DNA from: an uncultured Bdellovibrionales bacterium
Lineage (GTDB): Bacteria > Patescibacteriota > Minisyncoccia > Moranbacterales > UBA9337
NCBI GenBank assembly: GCA_964605525.1
Contig: CAZSCV010000006.1
Coordinates: forward strand, 434 to 64,433
Direction of reading: 5' to 3'
DNA length: 64,000 nucleotides
Below, piece after piece: positions 28,849 to 38,426 of this stretch. Each line of letters opens with the position of its first letter. The stretch's first letter is position 1. The notes under the pieces were generated by a model. It was not told the DNA's origin. It did not search any database and saw only the letters and a list, made by a program, of their open reading frames with translations. A program made the position numbers and the translations under genes.

Positions 28849-29139
28849 TTATTCTTTCTCCATTTTTATCGCTTTAAACGGACATTCCACCGCGCACACT
28901 CCGCAACCTTTGCAAAAATCCATATCAACATTGGCAAGTTTTTTGAATTTTGAATCATCTCGCCTTTCCCGCAAATTAATCACCGCTTCCGGACAATACT
29001 TAACACAAGTGCCACAACCGGTACACTTGTCCTTGTCCACTTCCGGACGCACATTCCGCCAGTTCCCAGTCTTTGGCGCCTTCGAAAGATCATGCTTTAT
29101 TGTCGCTCCAGCAAGTTTTTTGTTCATTTTAGAATTCAA
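28849..29139 (-). CDS. porD: Pyruvate:ferredoxin oxidoreductase delta subunit (2x[4Fe-4S] ferredoxin)
   Basis: Two CxxCxxCxxxCP motifs. Confidence 0.8.
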   Translation of the reverse strand: MNSKMNKKLAGATIKHDLSKAPKTGNWRNVRPEVDKDKCTGCGTCVKYCPEAVINLRERRDDSKFKKLANVDMDFCKGCGVCAVECPFKAIKMEKE

Positions 29140-29191
29140 AAATTTAAAATTGTTTAGAAATTAGAAATTGAAAATTAGAAATTACCTATTC

Positions 29192-29764
29192 CTATAGGCT
29201 ATCATACCCTCTTTCAATCGCCAAAATATTCTTTTCTGTCATTTCTTTTCCGATTTTTTCCTCGAATATTTTCCTGAATTCTTCCTTCAAGCTATCCAGT
29301 TTTACTACTCCTACCACCTGGACAATCTTTCCAAGAATAACCGAATTTGAAACCGGTAGTCCCACCGCCTTCATAGCGATATCTGTCGCATCAATAATCT
29401 TCAAATTTCCCTCAAAACCACCCAGTATTTTCAAAATTTCTTCTTTGCTTTTTTTAGTATTAATAATCAAATTTTCATTTCTGGTAATATTTTCCGCCAC
29501 ACCCGCGCTTTCAAGTAATGTATCATCCAGCACCACTGACAAATCCGGATCAACAATCGGTTCATGCGTACGAATTTCCTTGTTTGATATGCGAACATAA
29601 GTTTTTGTCGGCGCTCCGCTTCGCTCAGGTCCAAAATACGGAAAAGCCTGAATATATTTTCCTTCATTCATTGCCGCCTGCGCCAAAATCTCCGCCGCAC
29701 TCTTGGCTCCTTGTCCCGCGCGCGCATGAAAAATTATTTCAAATGTATCTTTTTCCGATTTCAT
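29192..29764 (-). CDS. porG: Pyruvate:ferredoxin oxidoreductase gamma subunit
   Basis: PorG signature IIFHARAGQGAKSAAEILAQAA...PYFGPERSGAP. Confidence 0.8.
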   Translation of the reverse strand: MKSEKDTFEIIFHARAGQGAKSAAEILAQAAMNEGKYIQAFPYFGPERSGAPTKTYVRISNKEIRTHEPIVDPDLSVVLDDTLLESAGVAENITRNENLIINTKKSKEEILKILGGFEGNLKIIDATDIAMKAVGLPVSNSVILGKIVQVVGVVKLDSLKEEFRKIFEEKIGKEMTEKNILAIERGYDSL

Positions 29765-29912
29765 AATTGAATTATATCACAAAAATATGAAAAATAAAAA
29801 AAACCGGCATCTTGAATTTTCAAAACACCGGAATTTGCCGAATAATATCGGCTAATATCGAACAACCACGCAATCTTTTAAATTTGTTACGATTGCAACA
29901 AGATGACAAGAT

Positions 29913-30128
29913 TTAAAAATCCGCATCGCAATCAATAATTTCGATTTTAGAAATCGTATCAACAAACATAGAAAATTCTTTGTTATCTGAAAAAATACGA
30001 CTACCATCATCCGAGACTCGCAACTCACTTGCCGCAAAAGTTTTTCTCAAAAAACCGCGACAAATAGCCAACATGGCTCCGGGATACATTCCATTCTTAA
30101 TTCCTTCCACCTTCTTCTTCACAGTCAT
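29913..30128 (-). CDS. Small hypothetical protein
   Basis: 71-aa ORF with plausible composition and no motif. Weak. Confidence 0.2.
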   Translation of the reverse strand: MTVKKKVEGIKNGMYPGAMLAICRGFLRKTFAASELRVSDDGSRIFSDNKEFSMFVDTISKIEIIDCDADF

Positions 30129-30172
30129 AATATTCTCCTTTCTATCCTTGTTATATGAATTTTACTTTCAAC

Positions 30173-30326
30173 ATCCAAAATATAATTTTTATAAAAATTT
30201 TTGGAGGGAACCTTGCAGAATTTACAAACTTATTTGAGGTTTTATTATTGGGAATATATTTCCGCATAAACCATAAAAATCGTGACCTGGTACCGGAAAT
30301 TTTTATAAAAATTATATTTTGGATGT
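30173..30326. mobile_element. Inverted-repeat element: 28-bp perfect terminal inverted repeats flanking about 97 nt (MITE-like or large stem-loop RNA)
   Basis: catccaaaatataatttttataaaaattt at 30173..30200 is the exact reverse complement of 30298..30326. Confidence 0.4.
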
Positions 30327-30355
30327 AGTGCTATTATCTTCATAATTTAAAAGAA

Positions 30356-30390
30356 CAAAAAAACCGGTCCGAAGACCGGTTTGTTTTTAT
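30356..30390. terminator. Bidirectional intrinsic terminator
   Basis: A7-ACCGGTC-CGAA-GACCGGT-T(G)T5. Confidence 0.6.
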
Positions 30391-30535
30391 TGAGAAGTCT
30401 TGAACTTATCCGCAAAAACAAATCGACCTTCTTGGTCCGGTAAAGAAGAAAAAGAAAAACCAATTTGTTGTCATTTTTACTGTTTTCATAGCCCCTTAAT
30501 CATAAATCATCCCGCAAAAAAGGTCAAGGTTACCC

Positions 30536-32119
30536 CTATTTTTCCAAAACATAATATTCCAAGCTATTTTTGTCGGTTATTTTTTTCAAATTCATTTTTC
30601 CAAAACGCGCTGATAATTTTTCAATAATCTCATCCTTTCTATAATCCGTAAAAACAAAAACCTTATTTCCATCGCCGCCGAAATCAAAACCATCCAATTC
30701 AGCCGGATTCAAATCATGAAAATTCAAGCGGTTCCAATTGAAAATCCGCATAACCACCCTCTGCATATTTCCCAAAATTGCATATACTTGTTTATTATCC
30801 GGCAAATCTTCTGCATAATAAGCCAAATCGGTAACATTTTTTTCAAACGCTCTGGCAGTCTGCCCATTATTCGCCCAAAAAACAAAATACTTGGCAACAT
30901 CAAAAACTCCAATAAACAAGAAAAGGACGATAAAAAATCCATAAATAGTTTTCTTTCCGAATTTGAAAAATTTTTCCAAATTTTCCTGCAAAAAAACAGC
31001 AAAAGCGGCAGAAAAAATAAACACCGCCGGCAATGCCCCAATAGAACGCAAAGCATGCGGATTGCCTTCCGCACTCATAAATTCCGGTGCCAGCATGCCA
31101 AAAAACCAAAGCAGTAAAAAAGCGCAGGTAATCAAATTTTCTGATTTTATTTTCCGAAATATCCGCAAAAATAAAAATCGGGAAAAAATCACCATCGTGC
31201 CAATCAACCCGCCCAAAAAAAACACCCCCTCAATAAAATTAAGAATAGGATATGGCGGAAAATTGTCCCGCCAATTCATATCTCCGACAAAATTATACTT
31301 AAGAAGACTCAATCCGAAATTACGAGCAAGAATCCTCCATTGATTTCCTGTATCGAAATGAGAAGAGAAAATCGAAATCTCTCCCGTTCGCGACCAAAAA
31401 TACTCCGGATGGGAGTAGAAAGTAAAAAACATCGGCGCAGAAATTATTACAAAAGAAAAAACAAAAATCAAAATTTGCTTCCAAAATTTTTTCAAAAACT
31501 CATCCATTGAAATAAACAGGAACGGAAAAAGACCCAGAAAAATCAAAGGTGCGGCGCGAAAAGCGATATAACTATGCATTCCCAAGCCAAAAATTGCTCC
31601 AGCAATTGCAAAATGGCTGCTTTTTCGGGATTGGATTCCTGCGAAAAAAAAGTAAAAAGACCAGACTAAAATAAAAGGCAACATGCTTGCGCGAAAAGAA
31701 ATCCGGCTAAAAATAATCGCCCCGAAAGAAATCGTATTTAAAAAACCTGCCAAAATAGCTATCTTTTCATTTTTAAAAAGAATTTTGGCGAGCGAATAAG
31801 TACCAAGAATAGTCAAAGTGCCAAAAATAATCGCTGGCAATCTGAGTGAAAACGCACTAACACCAAAAATTGAAAAACTCAAAGCGATCAAATTTATGAA
31901 AAATCCCTCCCGTCCATCATTATCCGGATAAAACCATTGCCAACCAGCCCCATCCAAAAACCTCAAAGCATCCTGTCCATTTACCGCCTCATCCGGATAT
32001 ATCCCGGGAGGGGCAGTGTTTATCGCATAAACCCGCAAAAACAGTCCCAGTAAGGTCAAGCCTGCCAAAATTATCAAAATGATGTTTTGTTTATTTTTCA
32101 TCTTTTTGTTATAATTCAA
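30536..32119 (-). CDS. GT-C family glycosyltransferase (ArnT / PMT-like, polyprenyl-phosphate-sugar dependent)
   Basis: About 12 TM helices, a first periplasmic loop with YPDEAVNG, and a C-terminal soluble domain. Confidence 0.65.
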   Translation of the reverse strand: MNYNKKMKNKQNIILIILAGLTLLGLFLRVYAINTAPPGIYPDEAVNGQDALRFLDGAGWQWFYPDNDGREGFFINLIALSFSIFGVSAFSLRLPAIIFGTLTILGTYSLAKILFKNEKIAILAGFLNTISFGAIIFSRISFRASMLPFILVWSFYFFFAGIQSRKSSHFAIAGAIFGLGMHSYIAFRAAPLIFLGLFPFLFISMDEFLKKFWKQILIFVFSFVIISAPMFFTFYSHPEYFWSRTGEISIFSSHFDTGNQWRILARNFGLSLLKYNFVGDMNWRDNFPPYPILNFIEGVFFLGGLIGTMVIFSRFLFLRIFRKIKSENLITCAFLLLWFFGMLAPEFMSAEGNPHALRSIGALPAVFIFSAAFAVFLQENLEKFFKFGKKTIYGFFIVLFLFIGVFDVAKYFVFWANNGQTARAFEKNVTDLAYYAEDLPDNKQVYAILGNMQRVVMRIFNWNRLNFHDLNPAELDGFDFGGDGNKVFVFTDYRKDEIIEKLSARFGKMNLKKITDKNSLEYYVLEK

Positions 32120-32212
32120 ATATTAGAAATTATACCATAAACAATGCCATATTATCAAAAAAATGGCTTATTTTTTATATAACGATAAAAACTATAAACT
32201 TTTACCACTCAT

Positions 32213-33649
32213 ATGATAAAAGAAAAAATTTCCATAATTATTCCTTGTTTTAATGAAGAAAAAACAATTTCCAAGAATATTCGAACAATCTATGAATACA
32301 TCAAAGAAAGCTATCGTTTTTTCGAGATAATCGTTTCTAATGACGGATCCACTGACAATACTAGATTTGAATTGGAGAAAATAAAAAAAGAGATTCCGAT
32401 AAAAATAATCTCTACGCCAAAGAATGAAGGCAAAGGTGCTGCAATAAAAAAGGGAGTGTTTGCTTGCGATAACGAAAGCGATGTCATAATGTTTTTAGAT
32501 GCCGATTTAGCTATTCCTATTTTCGAATTGGAAAAATTTCACACCGCGCTTAAAAAACAAAATCTTGATATAGTTATCGCTTCCCGTTTCGTGCCGGGTG
32601 TTAAAGTGCTTGAGCCGGTTTTGCAATACCGAAAAATTATGGAAATAATTTTTCGTTTTTTAAGAGCAATCATTCTTAATGACTGGAAAATACGAGATTC
32701 GCAATGCGGTTTCAAAATATTTAAAAGTTCAACTGCCAAAAAAATATTCCAATTAACCACAATTTCACGTTTCGCTTTTGATTCAGAAGTGATTTATTTG
32801 GCAAAAAAAATGAATTCTTCAATAAAAGAGCTCCCGATTACTTTGTGCAATTCCAAAGAAAGTCACATCCGCATACTTATCGACCCCGTAAATATGTTTT
32901 TTTCACTTTTTAAAATTAGACTCAATGATTTGCAAGGATTATATAAAATTAACACAAAAAATATTAAAAATGAGGTTGTTATTTCAGTTGACGATTTTGG
33001 GGAAAGTTTTGAAAAAAATTCCAAGATTCTGAAACTGGTAAAAAAGGATAGAATTGATCGCGTAGCAGTAATGATAGAAAGGAATTTATCCAAAGAAGAG
33101 ATAGCCTTTCTAAAACAATCCGGCGTTAAAATCGACTTGCATCTAGAGACATTCGAGCGCCAAGAGGTTGAATCACAAAGCGGAGCTTTTCAGCGCGGAA
33201 TAAATTTTGGGATTGATTATTTCTTTCAAAAGAAATACGCATCCTCTGAAATTGAAAAAATGTGGGATGGGCAAATCCGGCATTTTGAAAAAATATTCGG
33301 ACAAAAACCTGATGGACTAAATTCCCACGAACACGTCCACCTCTTTCCATATTTTTTCCAAATAGCTTGTCTTTTGGCGGAAAAACACGAAATTACATAC
33401 ATTAGACTTGGAAAAAAAGGATGCCCTTTTGTTCATAAAATAGTCCGCCATATTCTGCATTTATTTCATTTCAAAAATAAAAAGATTTTGCACAATTTCA
33501 AAAATATCCGCTCTTCGGAATACTTATTAAGTTTGGATTGGATATTGAACAAAAATAATCCGGAAAAATATCTCAAACCGAAAACGGAAATCGTTTGCCA
33601 TCCGAAAAGAAAAAAAGAATATGCTTTTCTTGAAAACATATCCGCATGA
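32213..33649 (+). CDS. GT2 glycosyltransferase (Dpm1/ArnC/GtrB-like) fused to a C-terminal YdjC/ChbG-like carbohydrate deacetylase domain
   Basis: The N-terminus has IIIPCFNEE, SNDGSTDNT and LDADL, typical of polyprenyl-phosphate sugar synthase GT2. The C-terminus has ISVDDFGES...NSHEHVH, typical of YdjC. Confidence 0.65.
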   Translation: MIKEKISIIIPCFNEEKTISKNIRTIYEYIKESYRFFEIIVSNDGSTDNTRFELEKIKKEIPIKIISTPKNEGKGAAIKKGVFACDNESDVIMFLDADLAIPIFELEKFHTALKKQNLDIVIASRFVPGVKVLEPVLQYRKIMEIIFRFLRAIILNDWKIRDSQCGFKIFKSSTAKKIFQLTTISRFAFDSEVIYLAKKMNSSIKELPITLCNSKESHIRILIDPVNMFFSLFKIRLNDLQGLYKINTKNIKNEVVISVDDFGESFEKNSKILKLVKKDRIDRVAVMIERNLSKEEIAFLKQSGVKIDLHLETFERQEVESQSGAFQRGINFGIDYFFQKKYASSEIEKMWDGQIRHFEKIFGQKPDGLNSHEHVHLFPYFFQIACLLAEKHEITYIRLGKKGCPFVHKIVRHILHLFHFKNKKILHNFKNIRSSEYLLSLDWILNKNNPEKYLKPKTEIVCHPKRKKEYAFLENISA

Positions 33650-33705
33650 AAAAAATTTCCATAAGACACCGGCGTCAAGTCAAATAAATTTACCTAATGA
33701 AAAAC

Positions 33706-33742
33706 CCCGACCTTCCAAAAGAATCGGGGTTTTTTAATAGAA
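33706..33742. terminator. Bidirectional terminator between convergent genes
   Basis: AAAAACCCCGA-N-TCGGGGTTTTTT. Confidence 0.55.
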
Positions 33743-33769
33743 GAAAAATCAATTCAATAATGATATAAT

Positions 33770-34858
33770 CTATTTCTCTAATTGTTCATCAATAACCTTC
33801 TTAAGCGCATCAACGGAAGATGCTCCCGGCTGGAATTGATCATTAATAAACAACGCTGGAGTTCCGGAAATTCCAAACTCTTGCGCTTCAGCCACATTAG
33901 CTTGAATTTTTTCTTGATATTTTGAGCTACTCAAACATTGATTAAACTGTCCGACATTAAGACCAACCTGGGCGGCATAGGCTCCAAATTTTGCATTACT
34001 CGCGTCCTTGCTCCAATCCGCCTGATTTGTAAAAAGCTTATCCGCATATTCCAAGAATTTTCCCTGTTCATTGGCGCACTCGGAAGCCATCGCGGCATCC
34101 ATAGCCTTAGGATGAATGGAAGTCAAAGGAAATTGTTTGTAAACAAAAGTAACTTTATCTCCATATTCTTTCAATATTTCATCGACTGATTGCTGAAATT
34201 TCTGGCAATATGGACACTGAAAATCGGAAAATTCAATCAAGGTCACTTTGTTATCCCTTGAACCGATAACAATATCATTTTCTCCTACGGTAGGAAGCTC
34301 TAAATATTTTCCTGCTGGAATCCCAACCTGGGCAGTATCGATAGAATACATCTCCCCTTCTTTTTTGAAAATAGGAGCTGCTTGACTGAAAAGTCCCGTA
34401 TCTTTGATATTCGCATCAAAAACAAACGCTGGAAGAGTTTTAATCTTAAATTTCTCAATCAAATCTTTTCCTTCAGTGGAATCATACACAACAGATGAAG
34501 TGGAAATTGTCGGCAAGGCACTTCGAAGTTGAAGCAAGAAATCATCTGCCTTACAAGCCTCACAGGATTCATCCGTAATAACCTGGACATTAACAATCGG
34601 ATCCTCATACGCCACCCAGGTTTTTCCATTTAAACTGAACACGTCCTTTCCATTAAGAACTCCCTGGGAAATACCCCCTCCTTTAATTAATTGTCCAGCA
34701 TCAACAAAAAGACTTCCAATCAATAGTCCGCCCAGTAAAATAGAGAGTGAAATTAAATTTTTGATTTTCTTTTTTTCATCACCAGGGACTTCCTGTAATT
34801 GACTTTCATCGTTTAAGCTTTCCACCGAAGCTTCGTTTGCAATCTTTTCCTCTTCCAT
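33770..34858 (-). CDS. Membrane-anchored DsbA-like thiol:disulfide oxidoreductase (tandem thioredoxin-fold domains)
   Basis: N-terminal TM. The CPYC active site sits in the second domain (FSDFQCPYCQKF), and the first domain has a degenerate CEAC. Confidence 0.7.
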   Translation of the reverse strand: MEEEKIANEASVESLNDESQLQEVPGDEKKKIKNLISLSILLGGLLIGSLFVDAGQLIKGGGISQGVLNGKDVFSLNGKTWVAYEDPIVNVQVITDESCEACKADDFLLQLRSALPTISTSSVVYDSTEGKDLIEKFKIKTLPAFVFDANIKDTGLFSQAAPIFKKEGEMYSIDTAQVGIPAGKYLELPTVGENDIVIGSRDNKVTLIEFSDFQCPYCQKFQQSVDEILKEYGDKVTFVYKQFPLTSIHPKAMDAAMASECANEQGKFLEYADKLFTNQADWSKDASNAKFGAYAAQVGLNVGQFNQCLSSSKYQEKIQANVAEAQEFGISGTPALFINDQFQPGASSVDALKKVIDEQLEK

Positions 34859-34888
34859 ATATTTTTATTATTGTTATTTATTTATAAA

Positions 34889-35254
34889 TTATTGTTCATT
34901 CTCTATGCATGAATCTCCCTCGCAATCTTGATTCTGCGATTCATCCACATTTCCAGATTGATCTTGTTGGGCAGATTCGCCTGATTGTTTCATAGCCTCC
35001 TCTTGCTCTTTCCTTTGGGCTTCTTGCTCTGCCATCGCATCCTTTTGAATTTGATTGATATCTATTTCATTCTCAACCGCCGTTACCAGGTAATCATTAA
35101 ACCCGATGGTTATTTTCTTAACAGCTTCCGTTTTTAACATTACTCCAAGTAAAAATCCCAAAATTAAGAAAAGTGCCAATTCAACTTTTCTGTCATTTAA
35201 TTTACCTGCTTTTCTCTTGGGATTAAAATCATTTTTTTCCATTTCTGTTTCCAT
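34889..35254 (-). CDS. Small acidic membrane-anchored protein, hypothetical
   Basis: One TM, and a Glu/Gln-rich low-complexity tail. Confidence 0.35.
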   Translation of the reverse strand: METEMEKNDFNPKRKAGKLNDRKVELALFLILGFLLGVMLKTEAVKKITIGFNDYLVTAVENEIDINQIQKDAMAEQEAQRKEQEEAMKQSGESAQQDQSGNVDESQNQDCEGDSCIENEQ

Positions 35255-35350
35255 ATATTTTTTTGAAAAATTAATTTCTTTTTACAAGTATACCAATTGG
35301 GAAAATATCGCGCAATATTGACATATTCCATTTTTATGCCATTTGCGATA

Positions 35351-36604
35351 TCATTCTTTTCTCAAGGCTTCCATTGGACTCAGCTCAGATCCTCTTCGCG
35401 CCGGATACATTCCAAACAAAATTCCCGTCACTAAAGAAAAAATCCCCGCAATCAAAATCGCATCCATTCCAATCTGAAATTCAACTGAATATCCATACTG
35501 TCCAACTACATAAGTTGCCAGCCAAGAAACCAGTAAGCCAAGGACCACTCCGATAATTCCGCCAAATAGAGTCAAGAATATCGATTCGAACAAGAATTGT
35601 TTCAAAATATCCGATTTTTTTGCGCCCACCGCTTTTCTCAGCCCGATTTCCGCCGTCCTCTCCGTTATTGAAACATACATAACATTCATGATTCCCACCC
35701 CTCCGACAATTAACGAAATTGAGGTAAGTGCCAAAAGTAAAATATTTATTATGAGAAAAACCTTATCCAAAATAACCTTAAATTCCTCAATGGAACTAAC
35801 CGCAAAATCATCATCGCTTGGATCGGTAATATCATGCTGATCGCGCATAATCGCAGTCACATCGGAAACAGTCACATCCGTAGCGCTAGCATCTTTAAGT
35901 TTGAAAATTGCAAACTGAATATAATCAATTCCCATTAACTTTTTCTGCAAAGTCTGAATAGGCATATATATCACATCGTCAAAATTAAAAAAACCAACCA
36001 ACCCTCTCTCCTTTAGAACTCCCACGACCCGATAACTTTGATTTTTTATTCTTACCGTTTTTCCAACAGCATCTTCTTCTCCGAAAAAAGTATTTTTTAC
36101 CTCACTTCCCAGGACAACAACCTGTTTTAAATTATCATCATCCTCTTGAGAAAACATCACTCCTGATTCAATTTCCATTTTTTCATCGGAATCCAGCACG
36201 CCCGCAGTTGTTCCGAAAATTATCGCCTGCTTATTTATTCCTTCATAAGAAATGAGTTGTTGACCCATCATTCCGGCATACCAAGACCCGATATTCCCCA
36301 ATTTAGAAATTTCTTCCGCATCTTCAATTTTCAGAGTGGTGATTTGCATTCCACCAGCAATCCCTCCAGCATTTTGAGTCGATGTCTTAGAAACATTCGG
36401 GACTTTCACTTCAACTTCAATAATATCGCTTCCAAAAGCCTCGATTTGACCGACGACAAAATTTTTCAATCCCGCCCCCAATGACAAAACAATAATCACC
36501 GCCGCCACGCCGATCACAATTCCAGTTAAGGATAAAATTGTCCGTCCGATATTTGAATGCAAATTCCTTATTGCCAATCTAATCGAAGTTAAAATTTCTC
36601 GCAT
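35351..36604 (-). CDS. MacB/FtsX-family ABC transporter permease (orphan, no adjacent ATPase)
   Basis: N-terminal TM, a MacB-type periplasmic domain, and three C-terminal TM helices. Paralogous to 59657..60904. Confidence 0.75.
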   Translation of the reverse strand: MREILTSIRLAIRNLHSNIGRTILSLTGIVIGVAAVIIVLSLGAGLKNFVVGQIEAFGSDIIEVEVKVPNVSKTSTQNAGGIAGGMQITTLKIEDAEEISKLGNIGSWYAGMMGQQLISYEGINKQAIIFGTTAGVLDSDEKMEIESGVMFSQEDDDNLKQVVVLGSEVKNTFFGEEDAVGKTVRIKNQSYRVVGVLKERGLVGFFNFDDVIYMPIQTLQKKLMGIDYIQFAIFKLKDASATDVTVSDVTAIMRDQHDITDPSDDDFAVSSIEEFKVILDKVFLIINILLLALTSISLIVGGVGIMNVMYVSITERTAEIGLRKAVGAKKSDILKQFLFESIFLTLFGGIIGVVLGLLVSWLATYVVGQYGYSVEFQIGMDAILIAGIFSLVTGILFGMYPARRGSELSPMEALRKE

Positions 36605-36623
36605 ATTTATTCAATCTATAAAA

Positions 36624-37793
36624 CTAACTTTTTCTTTCTGTTTCTAATTTTTTAATTAATTTCAAGAAGGATTCTGCCGTTTGCTTCCAATCAAATCTCA
36701 TTGCCTGGCGAAGCCCTTTTTGCCTGAGATTCTCCTGCAAATCACGACTAGCTAAAATTTCTCTCATCGCCAGGCATATTTCATCCGGCTTGTGCGGATC
36801 GATCATTATACCTCCTGATCCGATAATTTCCGGGAAAGAAGAATTATTAGAAACGATTACCGGCGTTCCGCATTTGGCAGCCTCCAAAGGAGGAAAACCA
36901 AATCCTTCAAAAAGCGATGGGTACACGAAAATCGAAGACAAATTGTACAATGCCGGCTTATCATCATCCTCAATAAATCCGGTTAAAATAATGTCTTTGC
37001 GAAATTTGGACATACGTATAGTTCTGAAAATATCTTTCGCTTTCCATCCCTCAACTCCCGCAATGACCAATTTGTATTCTCCGAACTTTTCCGCTGAATC
37101 CTCGCGAAGCTGATTATACGCCGTAACTATGGCTGAAATATTTTTTCTTGGCTCTATTGTTCCTAAAAAAAGAATAAATTTGAAGGGCAATTTGTATTTT
37201 TCCTTTACTTCGATCAACTTCCAATCATTACGATTCATTTGAAAAAACTTGTCTGAAACCGCACTGGGAATAATTTTTATTTTGTCTTTCTTGACTCCAT
37301 AAATCCCCCTTAAGTCTTCTTCTGTCGACTGGGAAATCGCCACTATTTGATTCGCTTCTTCTGCTATTGCGCGCAAATTGATAAACCCGTGCCACATTCT
37401 CCGCACGATAGAAAAAGTTTCAGGATAATATTCAAATGACAAATCATGCACAGTCAAAAGAGTTTTTGCTTTTTTGGAAACGGCGGAAAAAATCATATTT
37501 GGCATAAAAAAAATATCCACTCCGCCAAGAAAGCGATCAATTTTTGGCCACCGAAAATACCAAAGAAGAAAATTAATCAACTTATTCGGGAATCGAAAAA
37601 TTTCCAATCTTACGTTGGGATATTTTTTCGTCCAGCCAAAATCAACAACAGGCTTTTTCCAAGAATTGAAAAAAAGCACATATTTATTTTTTTTGTCCCG
37701 AGAAAACAGCTCCTCAAGAATCCGCATTGTATATTCTTCAACTCCGCTAACTCTCCCTCTGGAAAAACAGCGGGCATCAATTCCAATTTTCAT
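36624..37793 (-). CDS. Glycosyltransferase family 4
   Basis: Start MKIGIDARCF. GT4 motif EGFGFPPLEAAKCGTPVIVSNNSSFPEI. Confidence 0.75.
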   Translation of the reverse strand: MKIGIDARCFSRGRVSGVEEYTMRILEELFSRDKKNKYVLFFNSWKKPVVDFGWTKKYPNVRLEIFRFPNKLINFLLWYFRWPKIDRFLGGVDIFFMPNMIFSAVSKKAKTLLTVHDLSFEYYPETFSIVRRMWHGFINLRAIAEEANQIVAISQSTEEDLRGIYGVKKDKIKIIPSAVSDKFFQMNRNDWKLIEVKEKYKLPFKFILFLGTIEPRKNISAIVTAYNQLREDSAEKFGEYKLVIAGVEGWKAKDIFRTIRMSKFRKDIILTGFIEDDDKPALYNLSSIFVYPSLFEGFGFPPLEAAKCGTPVIVSNNSSFPEIIGSGGIMIDPHKPDEICLAMREILASRDLQENLRQKGLRQAMRFDWKQTAESFLKLIKKLETERKS

Positions 37794-37810
37794 ATTGATA
37801 TTATAGCACA

Positions 37811-38401
37811 CTACCGCGCAAAATAATGCCGGACAAAAACCATCCAAAATCCAAAAAATGCTCCCAGCATAAACGCAGCGGCCATAATTTTATTAAAGTT
37901 GATCTTATCCGCTTCAATAAAAGGATAATTTCCCAAAACTTCAAACCAATTTTCGTTCTTTTGACTCAAATTCAGATTTCCTGTTTCTTTGGCAATCACA
38001 TTCACCAAGGATTGGGCTATTTTGCCAGAATCTTTCTGGTTAGGATTCACATACACGACTTGCACCAATTGAGCGGAAACTTTTCTGGCTTCATATCCAC
38101 TTGGGCAAGAAGTTGCTCCGGATGAGTTGCAAATTTCAGAAATTACTCGCGGGGAATTCAACCAGCCGACCACTGTTTCTGAAAAAATATCATCGGCTTG
38201 AAGGCGATAAAAATAATCATGCTCATTCTTTTCCTCCGCGGACGCAACTCCAGTCCGGCTAATATTTAAATCCATCGTTGATTTGTATTTTTCCGGAACA
38301 GTTCGATAAAAAATCGCTCCAGCCGTCCAAAAAACCAAAATTGTCATCAAAAAAATCCAAATATTTTTCTTAAAAATCGCAATATATTCTTTAAGTTCCA
38401 T
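37811..38401 (-). CDS. Wzz-like chain-length determinant family protein
   Basis: An N-terminal and a C-terminal TM flank a 150-aa soluble domain, the same architecture as 14462..15157. Confidence 0.45.
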   Translation of the reverse strand: MELKEYIAIFKKNIWIFLMTILVFWTAGAIFYRTVPEKYKSTMDLNISRTGVASAEEKNEHDYFYRLQADDIFSETVVGWLNSPRVISEICNSSGATSCPSGYEARKVSAQLVQVVYVNPNQKDSGKIAQSLVNVIAKETGNLNLSQKNENWFEVLGNYPFIEADKINFNKIMAAAFMLGAFFGFWMVFVRHYFAR

Positions 38402-38426
38402 GTTTTTATATATAATAAAAAATTAT

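Noticed and set aside
29852-30237. Small ORFs around 29852..30237 as a toxin-antitoxin pair
   Set aside because: Only one (29913..30128) has protein-like composition. No TA-family motifs were recognised. The region is dominated by the inverted-repeat element and a terminator.
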